A stretch of DNA of 28,514 nt from a virus (taxonomy: Duplodnaviria > Heunggongvirae > Uroviricota > Caudoviricetes). The stretch lies in IMG/VR virus record IMGVR_UViG_2534682329_000006. One strand, 5' to 3'. The notes beneath the pieces are model-generated. The model saw only the letters and a program-made list of their open reading frames with translations. It was not told the DNA's origin and ran no database searches. Below, in pieces: positions 1-9,442 of this stretch. A program made the translations under genes and the position numbers. Each line of letters opens with the position of its first letter. Position 1 is the stretch's first letter.

Positions 1-1064
1 CCTTCTCCCAAACCAAGGTATGTGAGAAGACCAGTTACATCCTTTCCACTCAAATTAGTCAGCGTATTGTCCAGCGGTTGTTTACCTGCCAGTGCATTAA
101 GCATTGTCGTGGCAAAGTTCGGGTCATTCCCCAGCGCCGCCGCCAGTTCGTTCAGTGTATCCAGTGCCGCAGGTGCAGAACCCACCATTGCCGCAATCGC
201 CGATTTCACAAATGCCGTGGTGGCAATTTGTGTATTGTTGACCGACTGTGCCGCAGTAGGTGCGGTTGGCGTTCCGGTGAGTGCCGGACTCGACAGCGGC
301 GCTTTCAGTGCCAGCGCATTGTTAATGGTGGTACTGAATTTCGGATCATTGTTAATGGCTGCGGCTATTTCTTTCAGCGTGTCCAGCGTGGCTGGCGCAC
401 CATTAATAAGAGCCGTCAGAGCCGCCTGAACAAACTCGGTGGTCGCAATCTGCGTGGTGTTATTCCCTGCTGCTGGCGTTGGAGCTTTGGGTGTCCCGGT
501 AAACGTCGGACTTTCTTTGGGTGCATACTGTGAATGCGGGTCCGGTGCGGCAAGATGTTTTGCCATCTGATCATCCGCGTACACCTTCAGCTCCAGTGCC
601 TTGTCATCCACATACTTGCGGGTTGCCAGCACTACAGCAGGGTCGATTTTCAGGGTGATATTGTCCGTGCTGCTGGTAATCAGCACCATGCGCACGGTCT
701 GAGTGCGCCCGCTACCTTCAGCCAGTTGCGGCTTATAGCTTTCCGGGCAGTTGCCCACGGCAATCAATGCCCCGGACTCATCAAACAAGCCCACTTCACG
801 TATCCACCAACCGCCCTCGTTTTCAGGGATCACCTGTTCGGCAATAATCTGACTGCTGTTCTGCGGGTCGATATAGAGCATATTCAGCGCAGCCCGGCGT
901 TTCTCATTTACCAGTGCAGTCTGCTTTGAGTCTGGCGTTGGCAATACTCCGCCGCCATCGCCGACCGCCATATGGGTAATTTTTAGCGGCACACCGAGCG
1001 CGGCGGCGCTGGCAAGTTTCGCCGCGCCAATATCCGTCAGCAGGGTATAAAATTTTGTGCTCAT
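1..1064 (-). CDS. H: Tail fibre protein gpH, N-terminal part (partial; 3' end of gene is left of the window)
   Basis: My minus-strand translation from the ATG at 1064..1062 gives MSTKFYTLLTDIGAAKLA...MAVGDGGG...ESYKP.LAEGSGR.QT.RMV, closely resembling the P2 gpH N-terminus; frame stays open to position 1; start overlaps the gpI stop (ATGA). Not in the ORF track because it has no stop inside the window. Confidence 0.85.
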   Translation of the reverse strand, partial: MSTKFYTLLTDIGAAKLASAAALGVPLKITHMAVGDGGGVLPTPDSKQTALVNEKRRAALNMLYIDPQNSSQIIAEQVIPENEGGWWIREVGLFDESGALIAVGNCPESYKPQLAEGSGRTQTVRMVLITSSTDNITLKIDPAVVLATRKYVDDKALELKVYADDQMAKHLAAPDPHSQYAPKESPTFTGTPKAPTPAAGNNTTQIATTEFVQAALTALINGAPATLDTLKEIAAAINNDPKFSTTINNALALKAPLSSPALTGTPTAPTAAQSVNNTQIATTAFVKSAIAAMVGSAPAALDTLNELAAALGNDPNFATTMLNALAGKQPLDNTLTNLSGKDVTGLLTYLGLGE

Positions 1065-1666
1065 GGATTCACTCTCATTGTGTCAATAACATGGACCGCC
1101 CCGCCTTCATGCGCGGTGCCGCCAGAAATAATTGTTTCGTTGATATACGGATAGATCGTGATTTCTTCGCCAAGATAGCTGGCGGTCCCCACCCAATGCG
1201 GACCGCTGGTCTGCAGATTGATGGACATGCCGATCATGTGACGGCTACATGGTTTGGCATCGCTTATCAGCCGCTCAAGTTCCAGATAGGTATCTTCAGT
1301 GATGCCCTGGTCCTGCACGCCGATATCCAGGCGAAACGTGCCCGGTGTTTCTCCGGTCTGCCACCACTCAATAATGCGGATCAGGAATCCGAACGGTTCC
1401 ACCACCCGCCGCACGGCACTGGTAGTTCCTTTATGCTGATGAATATAAAAAGCATCCTTCACTACCTGGCGTTTGACGCTTTCTGTCCAGCCCTCGTCCC
1501 AGCGATCCACAGAGAACGCCCAGGCGAGATAAGGCAGGAAGCTGACCGGACAGGTAGCCGGATTCCACAAGTCACGCAGCGGCACCTGCAGATCAGAAAT
1601 CCCGCTACAGGTTTGCGCCAGTCGGCGCTCCAGTGAAGTTGAACCCGGTGGCAGCAGACTATTCAT
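1061..1666 (-). CDS. I: Baseplate assembly protein gpI
   Basis: 201-aa ORF; N-terminus (LLPPGS..L....AQTC..I.DL.VPLR.LWNP.TCP...LPYLAWAFSVDRWDE) matches P2 gpI; position between J and H. Confidence 0.85.
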   Translation of the reverse strand: MNSLLPPGSTSLERRLAQTCSGISDLQVPLRDLWNPATCPVSFLPYLAWAFSVDRWDEGWTESVKRQVVKDAFYIHQHKGTTSAVRRVVEPFGFLIRIIEWWQTGETPGTFRLDIGVQDQGITEDTYLELERLISDAKPCSRHMIGMSINLQTSGPHWVGTASYLGEEITIYPYINETIISGGTAHEGGAVHVIDTMRVNP

Positions 1667-2567
1667 CCGTTCCTCCGTTGGTTACGCTCCACTGCGTACA
1701 TGATGCCGCCTGTGTTTTGTTCAGGACCACATCCGCCAGCGGAGAAGCCAGTTCCACACGTTGAACACCCTCAACATGCAGAGCAGCAAAGATGGCGCTA
1801 CGGCGAATATCCCGACCAAGCCTCGTCTGGCTGGCAATGTACTTCTGCAGACTGGCTTTTGCCGCTGCCATTACCGGCTCTGCTTCCGGTCCCGGATAGA
1901 GAAAAATGGTGGCTTCCACGCGATACGGGATGATTTCTGCGCTGCGAACCGTAAGACGGTCAGCCACCGGGCGGACGTTCTCACTGTTCAGAGCTTTTTC
2001 CACCACGTCCAGCAGGTCTTTTTCTGCAGTTCCATCGCCTTCGCGGCTAAGGACAGTCAGCACCACCTCTGCAGGTGCCGGGCTGGTTGCACTGGCATCC
2101 GCTACCCGACCGTCGGCGCTTCGGGCATGAAATTCATAAGCTGCAGTTGGCCCCGCAACAGAAAGCCCTTCAAAGGCTGCAGGCACACGCAGGCGTAACG
2201 CTTCATCGCTTTCCATCACAGCTGCAACGGGCGGCACAGCATCATTATCAGCAGGCGTCACCGTCAGGCGTGTCACGTTGTAGTTGGCAGCGAGCTGGTC
2301 AAGATCGCCGCCCATCGCGTAAGCCACCATCACCGCCTGCGCGGCTTCGTTAATGCGCTGGCGCAGAAGCAACTCACGGTAAGCGTTCTCCTGCAACAAT
2401 TTAGTGACGGGTTCAGATTCCAGTTCCAGCGTGCGGATCACGGCTTCCTGCTCATCTTTCGGATGAAGCGCAACAAATTGGGCCTTGCGTTCGGCAAGCA
2501 GCGTCTCAAAGTCCGGCACATCCACAATCTGCGGTGCAGGCAACTGCGAAAGGTCAATCACTGCCAT
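1659..2567 (-). CDS. J: Baseplate assembly protein gpJ
   Basis: Strong match to P2 gpJ beginning at the internal Met (MAVIDLSQLPAP...), which is preceded by an AGGAG Shine-Dalgarno; the track ORF extends 13 codons further upstream to 2606. Confidence 0.88.
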   Translation of the reverse strand: MAVIDLSQLPAPQIVDVPDFETLLAERKAQFVALHPKDEQEAVIRTLELESEPVTKLLQENAYRELLLRQRINEAAQAVMVAYAMGGDLDQLAANYNVTRLTVTPADNDAVPPVAAVMESDEALRLRVPAAFEGLSVAGPTAAYEFHARSADGRVADASATSPAPAEVVLTVLSREGDGTAEKDLLDVVEKALNSENVRPVADRLTVRSAEIIPYRVEATIFLYPGPEAEPVMAAAKASLQKYIASQTRLGRDIRRSAIFAALHVEGVQRVELASPLADVVLNKTQAASCTQWSVTNGGTDE

Positions 2568-2913
2568 TCTCTGCTCCTGTTGATACGGAAAGGGACACAG
2601 GCACACCGTTATTCCGCCGCCCGGTCAGCTCCACCACCATAGAACCGTCAAAGTTGCTGTTGATGGTGATGGAATCCAGCGTCAGCCGTGGCTCCCAGCG
2701 ACTCAGCGCCACATACACTGCCGACATGACCTGCAGGCGTAATGCCGGATTTTGTGGCTGATCTATTAAAACCGACAGGAGGGAACCATATTCCCGGCGG
2801 GCAATGCGGCTACCCTGCGGTGTCAGCAGAATGTCCCGCACCGACTGGCGCAGATGATCAATATCAGTAATGACTTTGCCGCTGGTATTGTTCATCCCGC
2901 TATAAAGCGTCAT
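2554..2913 (-). CDS. W: Baseplate protein gpW
   Basis: 119-aa ORF resembling P2 gpW (…DILLTP.GSR..RR.YGSLL...IDQPQ.PAL…); synteny between V and J. Confidence 0.85.
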   Translation of the reverse strand: MTLYSGMNNTSGKVITDIDHLRQSVRDILLTPQGSRIARREYGSLLSVLIDQPQNPALRLQVMSAVYVALSRWEPRLTLDSITINSNFDGSMVVELTGRRNNGVPVSLSVSTGAENGSD

Positions 2914-3488
2914 ACCGGGCCTCCGGTTGTATCGCCGCCTTTCAGGACGCCAGTATGCTGATGCGCATCAACCACAATCCCGTTAGAGCTCATCGCTCCG
3001 CCACCCTGGGTAACGCCACCATTGATCACCACTTCGCTGTTAATACGCGTGCGGTCAGCCTCCAGCACAAACTCACTGGTTTTCAGGGTGATATTGTCAG
3101 CGGCCTCAATGACCATTGATTTGATGCCCCTGACATACCAGCGCCCGGTGGCGGGTTCGTATTCAAACCAGCCGCCGTCCGGGTATTCCGTCACGTTGCC
3201 GTCCTCAGAGCCTGAAGGTGGCGGAAACTGGTTTGAGTAGACCGCAGGCAGGGCAAACGCGGTTTCCAGATTGCCGCCAAGGCTGAACAGCACAACCTGC
3301 TCACCCACAGACGGTTTCCACCAGGTGCGCGATTTGCCCGCGCGCAGTGTCAGCCAGTTAATCCAGTTGGTTTCGAGGTCGCCCGTTTTCACCCGACACA
3401 GCCAGTTTGCCCTGTCCACTTCGGTGACTACACCTGTGCGGATCAGGTTGGTGATAAGGCGCATGATTTCGGTTAATTGTGCGTTCAT
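2910..3488 (-). CDS. V: Baseplate spike/hub protein gpV
   Basis: 192-aa ORF; N-terminus (…IRTG.V.E.D....CRV.TG...T.W..WLT.RAG.SRTWW.PSVGEQV) matches P2 gpV. Confidence 0.85.
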   Translation of the reverse strand: MNAQLTEIMRLITNLIRTGVVTEVDRANWLCRVKTGDLETNWINWLTLRAGKSRTWWKPSVGEQVVLFSLGGNLETAFALPAVYSNQFPPPSGSEDGNVTEYPDGGWFEYEPATGRWYVRGIKSMVIEAADNITLKTSEFVLEADRTRINSEVVINGGVTQGGGAMSSNGIVVDAHQHTGVLKGGDTTGGPV

Positions 3489-3534
3489 AGGGAAAGGTTG
3501 CCATCAGGGGAAGAAAGGCGGCAGTGCTGCAACT

Positions 3535-3552
3535 TGTATCAGTGCTGATACA
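3535..3552. promoter_or_regulatory. Candidate late-promoter activator site (Ogr/Delta type, TGT-N12-ACA) upstream of V
   Basis: TGTATCAGTGCTGATACA, a near-perfect inverted repeat fitting the TGT-N12-ACA consensus used by P2-family late activators, in the S-V intergenic region. Confidence 0.45.
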
Positions 3553-3556
3553 AAAA

Positions 3557-4003
3557 TCACCCCGCCAGCCATTGCAGAATCATGTCGCGGGTCATTGCCT
3601 CAACATCATCATTTACACCCAGAAGGCGACGCTCTGCGTAACGGACCTCAGGTCCTTTGCGACTGACGCGATCGCGCAAGCCGTAATGGTGAACACGGGC
3701 AATGCGCTGCACCTTACCTTCAAACTGCACGCTGGCAGAGTCGGCGCTGGCGGCAGTTTTCAGGTATTTTGTGGTGCGAAGTTTTGTAAACATCTGCCGT
3801 TTGATACGGCCTTTTTTACTGCGTGCTGTTACTCGCCTCGGTTCATAGCTGCTGCCATCAGGATTGCGTTGCATCCTGATGTTCTGCTGCTGTGTCCGGC
3901 GCAGTTCCTGCGCCAGCTGGCGCATCATGCGGCTTCTGGCGGCTGGTTCCAGATTCGCCAGCAAGGCACTCAGCCAGTCGTCCACTTTCTGCAGTTCAGC
4001 CAC
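3557..4003 (-). CDS. S: Tail completion protein gpS
   Basis: 148-aa ORF in the P2 S position (P2 gpS about 150 aa); synteny. Confidence 0.8.
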   Translation of the reverse strand: MAELQKVDDWLSALLANLEPAARSRMMRQLAQELRRTQQQNIRMQRNPDGSSYEPRRVTARSKKGRIKRQMFTKLRTTKYLKTAASADSASVQFEGKVQRIARVHHYGLRDRVSRKGPEVRYAERRLLGVNDDVEAMTRDMILQWLAG

Positions 4004-4448
4004 GTTTCACCGTCCACATTTCTTCAGGTTCATCAGGTTCCGCTATAGCTTCAACACTCGACACACTACCGTCAGTGCTGACCAGCACACGCTCCGTCAG
4101 TTGCAGGTTCAGGCTGATATCACAGACATCGTTGCGCAGAATATCCACCTCAAAGGTGAATAGTTTTTCCCGTAACGCCGGGTTATTGATGGCATCGGGC
4201 TGGTTATCCCTCAGCCACAGCAAAACCGGGGCCATCAGCAGATTCTGGTCGCCGCTGAAATCCTCAATCACCGCGTTCAGGGTGTAACGGTACTCCCACG
4301 ACATGGAGCTGGCCCCCGTGGCAACCAGCGAACCGTTATCCACAAACAGATGCAGTTTGTCTGGGTTATTGCGGACATAAGGCACCGCTTTATTGAGGGC
4401 GTGGCGCAGGGATTGTGGTTTGTTCACTGTTTCGCTCCTGACACGCAA
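3996..4448 (-). CDS. R: Tail completion protein gpR
   Basis: 150-aa ORF in the P2 R position; synteny and size. Confidence 0.8.
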   Translation of the reverse strand: MRVRSETVNKPQSLRHALNKAVPYVRNNPDKLHLFVDNGSLVATGASSMSWEYRYTLNAVIEDFSGDQNLLMAPVLLWLRDNQPDAINNPALREKLFTFEVDILRNDVCDISLNLQLTERVLVSTDGSVSSVEAIAEPDEPEEMWTVKRG

Positions 4449-4680
4449 TAATCATGTCCACTTTGTCTGCACAGACCGCCCAGGCGGCCTCCGTTTCATC
4501 CAACAACGCGTTCAGATCACCGTTAGTGCGTGGCGCTGCCTGATCCAGCCGACACGGTGTCACTCGCGGACAACCACTGACGATAAGCTGCACCTCCGGT
4601 GAGCGTCGGACGTTCCCGCAGCCGGATAATGTCAGCAGGCAAAGGAGTATCAGCCCAGCGGCGTAAATCCTCGTTCTCAC
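4390..4680 (-). CDS. lysC: LysC, Rz1-like outer-membrane lipoprotein (o-spanin), embedded out of frame in lysB and overlapping R
   Basis: 96-aa ORF with a lipoprotein signal and lipobox (LLTLSGC); embedded/overlapping arrangement as in P2 lysB/lysC. Confidence 0.7.
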   Translation of the reverse strand: MRTRIYAAGLILLCLLTLSGCGNVRRSPEVQLIVSGCPRVTPCRLDQAAPRTNGDLNALLDETEAAWAVCADKVDMIIACQERNSEQTTIPAPRPQ

Positions 4681-4951
4681 GTTTCAGTTCCTCGATCCGG
4701 TGTTGTCGTTGTCTCAGCAGCGCGCTGGTCTGTTCTGCTTCGGCATAGAGCCGCGCCTGCTCCCGGTTATTGGTTTCAGTCAGAATGGACAGGCTGATAA
4801 GCTGGCTGTTGCTCTTTGCCAGTGCCTGGCTTTTGCTCTGCAGCTCGTCTGCCTGCGTGCTAATGGTCTGGCTGGCATCAGCCAGCCGCCACGTCTGCCA
4901 GCCCAGCGCCGCCAGTAATAACGCCAGCACAACCAGCAGCAACCGGTTCAT
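4523..4951 (-). CDS. lysB: LysB, Rz-like inner-membrane spanin (i-spanin)
   Basis: 142-aa ORF with N-terminal TM segment then a charged coiled-coil-like region (…EELKRENEDLRRW…); P2 lysB position. Confidence 0.8.
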   Translation of the reverse strand: MNRLLLVVLALLLAALGWQTWRLADASQTISTQADELQSKSQALAKSNSQLISLSILTETNNREQARLYAEAEQTSALLRQRQHRIEELKRENEDLRRWADTPLPADIIRLRERPTLTGGAAYRQWLSASDTVSAGSGSATH

Positions 4952-5325
4952 GCTGCTACCTGTTGCGCCATCTGATTACGGGTGATCCAGAAGGCAATAA
5001 CGGTCAGTAGATAAAAGACCAGGGTAATAGCCCACCCCGTCCAGCCGAGACTTACAACAATCAGCAATCGCATCACCCAACTGATAAATACGTTTTCTTT
5101 TCGGGTAATTGTCTTCAGTAAAGATGCCCTTAACTCCTGCCAGAGCGGGCCATTCTTAATTAACGCAGCCAGTGCTACCGGAATTACCGCCCATGTCAGC
5201 AAACAGGCTACCCAAACGCCGGACGCTGCCAGTACCGGAAAAATCCCCTGCGGATACACCATTGCTGCGATTAACAGCGCCATCCATAACATCAGAAACA
5301 GTCCGCTGATTAATTTCTTTTTCAT
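4948..5325 (-). CDS. lysA: LysA-like membrane protein (lysis timing/antiholin-like)
   Basis: Multi-TM hydrophobic protein; likely start at the internal Met (MKKKLISGLFLMLWMALLIAAMVY…) immediately after the endolysin stop; the track ORF extends to 5397. Confidence 0.65.
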   Translation of the reverse strand: MKKKLISGLFLMLWMALLIAAMVYPQGIFPVLAASGVWVACLLTWAVIPVALAALIKNGPLWQELRASLLKTITRKENVFISWVMRLLIVVSLGWTGWAITLVFYLLTVIAFWITRNQMAQQVAA

Positions 5326-5326
5326 T

Positions 5327-5839
5327 TCAGTTTGCTCCCTGTAAACACCAGGCCATCTCCCGCGCACGGCGGTTATCCAGCCCCTGATTAAACACACCTT
5401 TTACATAAACCCAGCGCGGCAACTGTCGGCACGCATCCGCCCAGCGCCGCTGATTGAGCAATTTCACCAGCGTGGAGCTGCAGGCATTGCCCGTCCCCAC
5501 GTTGAAGGCAAACGACACCGTAGCGTCATACACCTTCTGTGGTGGCAGTTGCTTCACACACCTTTCCAGTACCCGCTCCACACGCAGCACGTTGGAGATC
5601 AGCCCTTCTGCTGCCTGTCGTTCCGTGATTGTTTTGCCGGGAATGACGCCCGATGTATTACCAATGCCGTCGGTCCATACACCCGCGCTGCACTGATACG
5701 GCTGCAGACGACAGCCTTCGTAATCAGCAATCAGTTTCAGCCCCTCCACGGAGGTGTGAAGCTGCTGAAACCCCGGCAGCGTGGCAGCAATAGCCAGCAC
5801 GGCCCCGACAAGGCAGCGTTTAACGATTGATGGATTCAT
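5327..5839 (-). CDS. SAR-type endolysin (T4-lysozyme-like/GH24 fold with N-terminal signal-arrest-release domain)
   Basis: N-terminal hydrophobic G/A-rich segment (VGAVLAIAATLPG) followed by lysozyme motifs (…YEGCRLQPY…GVWTDGIGNT…FNVGTGN...STL); resembles phage 21 R21-type SAR endolysins rather than P2 gpK. Confidence 0.8.
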   Translation of the reverse strand: MNPSIVKRCLVGAVLAIAATLPGFQQLHTSVEGLKLIADYEGCRLQPYQCSAGVWTDGIGNTSGVIPGKTITERQAAEGLISNVLRVERVLERCVKQLPPQKVYDATVSFAFNVGTGNACSSTLVKLLNQRRWADACRQLPRWVYVKGVFNQGLDNRRAREMAWCLQGAN

Positions 5840-6035
5840 AGTCCTCCCGCGAGATCTGCCCGTCGCGCAGAAGCTGGTAGGCTTTGTGTTTGTAGTACCA
5901 GTTGATAGCCAGCATCAGTACACCAATCATCAGGCCGCCCAGCGTTGAGGCATCCTTGATAGACAAATCGCCCAGCCAGGCCAGCACGACGGCGATGCAA
6001 TACGTGATAAAGGCGCTGATTCGCTCAAGCGTCAT
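5820..6035 (-). CDS. Holin (small two-TM, pinholin-like)
   Basis: 71-aa protein with two hydrophobic helices and a charged C-terminus, directly upstream of the endolysin in the P2 Y position. Confidence 0.7.
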   Translation of the reverse strand: MTLERISAFITYCIAVVLAWLGDLSIKDASTLGGLMIGVLMLAINWYYKHKAYQLLRDGQISREDYESINR

Positions 6036-6038
6036 AAT

Positions 6039-6242
6039 TCAGTCCCATAGCTGGACGGTCTGCACGGTGGTGGTTGTCGGAATGTCCGGCAGCTCCACCT
6101 GCAGCCCGTGAGGTAAAAAGGGGCCGTATTCGGCAAGCCCCGGATTTGCCTTCAGTACCTGCTCCGTGACACCCTGCGTGCGCCCGTAATGACGCCAGCA
6201 AAGCGCGTCCACCGTGTCATACTGATGCGCACGCACTTTCAT
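6039..6242 (-). CDS. X: Tail protein gpX
   Basis: 67-aa ORF, same size and position as P2 gpX. Confidence 0.75.
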   Translation of the reverse strand: MKVRAHQYDTVDALCWRHYGRTQGVTEQVLKANPGLAEYGPFLPHGLQVELPDIPTTTTVQTVQLWD

Positions 6243-6769
6243 CAGATAAGCTCCACTGTGCAGTGCGGCGCATCCTGCACCCGGCTGATGGCCCAGCGGG
6301 CGTCACGCCACAAATCACCGCTTGCTTCCGCCAGTTCCTCGCCCCGCTTCACACCGGACGCCGTGGCGTCATAGTCCTGGTATCGTTCGTTGAGCATGGC
6401 GCGTGCCCAGCAGTAAACCGCGTTGAAATAGTGCTGAATGCGCTCACTTTTGCCGTCCAGCTGTTCCGCCGGAACTTCTGCCAGCGAGGCATACCCCAGC
6501 ATCTGCTGGCGTCTGCGAAACTCATACAGCTCTGCGTTGACCTCCGAAATTGCCGACAGCGCAACCTGCTTTAAACGCGGCTGCGTCACCGTGCCGTCAG
6601 TGCGCATCACGCTGCGAAACTCCGACAGGTCCACATCAGGCCAGAACGGCGTATTCCTGATGATTTCCGCCTGTTCCGGTGCCTGTTCTGGCGCAACAAA
6701 CTTCATGCTGCTTTCTCCTGAAATAGAGGGCGGTGGACGGGGTTTTGATGTGGCAGTGCCTTTCGCCAC
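6242..6769 (-). CDS. L: Head completion/stabilisation protein gpL
   Basis: 175-aa ORF in the P2 L position (P2 gpL 169 aa); synteny. Confidence 0.8.
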   Translation of the reverse strand: MAKGTATSKPRPPPSISGESSMKFVAPEQAPEQAEIIRNTPFWPDVDLSEFRSVMRTDGTVTQPRLKQVALSAISEVNAELYEFRRRQQMLGYASLAEVPAEQLDGKSERIQHYFNAVYCWARAMLNERYQDYDATASGVKRGEELAEASGDLWRDARWAISRVQDAPHCTVELI

Positions 6770-6801
6770 CCCGTGCCGCCCGTGCGCGGGGGCACGTTCT
6801 G

Positions 6802-7452
6802 TCAGCGGCTGTCATTGCGCAGTCTGCGCTCCAGCTGCTGTTTGTCTTTTTTCACGCCACAGCGAGGATCGAGCTGTAACGCATGGTTGAGATGATTAAG
6901 GGCGGAAGCCGGGTTGCTTTCACTCAGGACAGCGCCAATCGCTTTATGCAGACGCGCCCGTGACTGGTCCGGCATATCCAGACCGTCTGTCAGCTCCAGC
7001 GTCTGCAGCAACAGATCGGCATCAAAGCCGGTGGCGGCAAGCATTGCGCTCTGCGCCGCGTCTGCCATTTCCTCTGCCAGCACGGTCTGCACGTTGCGGT
7101 TACCCAGCGGCATCACCCAGCCATGACGCAGGGCATGACGCCCGATCTCCAGCGCCCCTGCATAATCTCCGGCATCAATGCGCCACAGCATCACGTACAT
7201 CAGCACGTCATCCTGTTGAGCGCCTCCGGCAGCCAGAACGCCCTCCGCCCAGGCGGCATATTTCGGCAGCAGCTCCACCTTGATTTCCGCTTTTTTGACC
7301 GTGGACTGAACGCCCTTGAGACGGCGGCGGTCTTCCGCCAGTTGCAGCAGCATCAGGTCATAGCCCGACGCGTGGCGAACACTGCCACCCTCGCGAGCGG
7401 CCTGTTCAGCCTGAACGCGCAGGCGATGCTGCCGTGCGGGACTCAGGCTCAT
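6802..7452 (-). CDS. M: Terminase endonuclease/small subunit gpM
   Basis: 216-aa ORF between L and N as in P2; synteny and size. Confidence 0.8.
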   Translation of the reverse strand: MSLSPARQHRLRVQAEQAAREGGSVRHASGYDLMLLQLAEDRRRLKGVQSTVKKAEIKVELLPKYAAWAEGVLAAGGAQQDDVLMYVMLWRIDAGDYAGALEIGRHALRHGWVMPLGNRNVQTVLAEEMADAAQSAMLAATGFDADLLLQTLELTDGLDMPDQSRARLHKAIGAVLSESNPASALNHLNHALQLDPRCGVKKDKQQLERRLRNDSR

Positions 7453-7455
7453 GAA

Positions 7456-8514
7456 TTACGCTCCGGTTTCTGCTGCGGCGGCGCTGAAGTCACCAATCTG
7501 GATGTTTTCCACCAGTGCAGCGCAGCGATAGTCCTCAACCACATAGGCTTCGTTAACGGATTCAAAATTTTCAATCCGGTCACGTTTCGGGTTGTCGATA
7601 ACTGAACGGCGGCGGGTATCTTCCTGCCAGTAGATGGACAGGTTATCCAGACGGGTGATCAGCAGCGCATTCGGCGGGAAGAACGGCGCACGCACCGCCT
7701 GCAGGCCACCCATGCGTTTCTGACTGATGATCATATCGGCAGCCAGTTTTTCACTGTTTTCCTGCTCTTTGTTGACCAGCGGGAAATACTTGTCAGACAG
7801 CAGTTCACGACCGCAAATCACCACCAGATCGTCATCGTCCTGGTAGACCACATCGATAAGCTCATTGACGGCATCCATCACTACGGCGTCCAGGTTGGCA
7901 TATTCGCCACCTTTCCCGACTTTCACCGCGCCCGGTGTGGTTTCACCGCCCGTGGTGGTGCTGCCCATGACGTGATCCGGTGCATCCTCACGGATTTTCT
8001 GCAGCCAGCCTTTGTTCACATCCTGCAGCAGCGGGTTTTCGCTACGGTTGGAGGTTTTCGCACGCTTCACGCCGTTAAAGCCGATCATGATGCGGTCCAG
8101 TGCCTGACGTTTCACGATGGCGTTACGGATACGCACCTGGAAATCCTGAAACTTCGCCCACAGGTCCAGCTTCGCGTAGGTCAGCACCGTGTCAAAGTTG
8201 GTCTGTTCGCATTTGTATTCCACATCGACCATCAGCGTCGGATCGACAGGTTCTCGCTCTTTCGCGGTGGTATCAGTGGTTCCGGCAATGGTGCTGCCAA
8301 CACCCAGCCCCAGCAACTGACCAGACTGCTCAGTCACTGGCGTGACGTTAATCAGCGTCAGGAAAGAGGCGGACTGCTGGATCTGGTCTTCCAGCGTCTG
8401 CTGCACGGACGGCTCTACGGTGAACTTGCTGGACAGTTCTTCAACTGCCACACCGTTCAGACGCGCCAGCTGCTGCAGGTAAGCGTTAAAAGCAAAGCGG
8501 GTATTCTTCTTCAT
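7456..8514 (-). CDS. N: Major capsid protein gpN
   Basis: 352-aa ORF (P2 gpN 357 aa) between scaffold and terminase M. Confidence 0.88.
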   Translation of the reverse strand: MKKNTRFAFNAYLQQLARLNGVAVEELSSKFTVEPSVQQTLEDQIQQSASFLTLINVTPVTEQSGQLLGLGVGSTIAGTTDTTAKEREPVDPTLMVDVEYKCEQTNFDTVLTYAKLDLWAKFQDFQVRIRNAIVKRQALDRIMIGFNGVKRAKTSNRSENPLLQDVNKGWLQKIREDAPDHVMGSTTTGGETTPGAVKVGKGGEYANLDAVVMDAVNELIDVVYQDDDDLVVICGRELLSDKYFPLVNKEQENSEKLAADMIISQKRMGGLQAVRAPFFPPNALLITRLDNLSIYWQEDTRRRSVIDNPKRDRIENFESVNEAYVVEDYRCAALVENIQIGDFSAAAAETGA

Positions 8515-8530
8515 CGGGTTTTGTGCTCCA

Positions 8531-9364
8531 TCAGCAATTGGTCAGAGTGTCAGCGGGGGCGTTACCGCCTGTTGCACGCTGGCGGTAGTCCTGGCGGCTG
8601 TCTTCATGACTCAGCTTATTCACCAGTTCGTTAAAGGCGGTCTGCTGTGCCTGCAGGGCAGTCTCCAGCTCAGACAGACGTTCTTCCTGCTCAGACAGGG
8701 ATTTTTCGGTGCGTGCGCTCAGGTTTTGCTGCTCAGTGGCGACCAGCTCCACGGCCTTATGCACATCAGAGAACCGGGCATCGTCGGACTGCTCTTTTTT
8801 GGTAAACAGCGCCGTGACACGGGCAAACAGGGACGGTTTGTCCTCCTGGATTTCTTCCAGTTCGATCACCGTTTCCTCTGCGGCGGTAAAGAGATTGGCG
8901 GGATTCTGCTTGCGGTTTGCCAGCGGGTTATGGGCTGCACTGGCGCTGAATGTCAGCATTTCCGTACCCAAACTGGCAGGGTCATCAGTGGCAGCCAGGC
9001 CGACCAGGTAGGCTTTGCCCGTATCAGCGAACTTCGGGCTGACTTCCATAGAGGTGAATAATTTCTGGCCTTTTTTCACCAATTCCACCAGGGACTCCGT
9101 TGGCTCAACGTCGGCATACAGCGCCATCTTGCCTGCCAGCGGGCCTTCCGTGATTTCTTCAGCAAACAGCGCCGTCACCTTGCCGTAACGGTTAAAGGTG
9201 CTGTCCGGGAGATAAGACTTGATGTGCTCAAGGTTAATCAGCGCGGTATACACCGCCGGGTTGTAGCTGGCTGCCATCTGTTCCAGCCATTCACGCTGGA
9301 TTTCGCGTCCGTCGGTGGTGGCACCTTCCACCCCGATGCGAAAACGCTTTGCTTTCACTGTCAT
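8531..9364 (-). CDS. O: Capsid scaffolding protein gpO
   Basis: 277-aa acidic, coiled-coil-rich ORF (P2 gpO 284 aa), divergent from P. Confidence 0.85.
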   Translation of the reverse strand: MTVKAKRFRIGVEGATTDGREIQREWLEQMAASYNPAVYTALINLEHIKSYLPDSTFNRYGKVTALFAEEITEGPLAGKMALYADVEPTESLVELVKKGQKLFTSMEVSPKFADTGKAYLVGLAATDDPASLGTEMLTFSASAAHNPLANRKQNPANLFTAAEETVIELEEIQEDKPSLFARVTALFTKKEQSDDARFSDVHKAVELVATEQQNLSARTEKSLSEQEERLSELETALQAQQTAFNELVNKLSHEDSRQDYRQRATGGNAPADTLTNC

Positions 9365-9442
9365 GAGCCGTGCTCCGTTAGAAATAACTTACTGGAGCCT
9401 TATGGTTGCGGTGATGGGGGCAGTGAAACAATGCGCGGTATT

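Noticed and set aside
22-929. Plus-strand ORFs 22..429, 78..533 and 534..929
   Set aside because: They are antisense to, or out of frame with, the much better supported minus-strand tail fibre gene H, whose translation matches P2 gpH; their products are low-complexity Cys/Arg-rich or Ala/Ser-rich, typical of spurious frames in GC-rich coding sequence.
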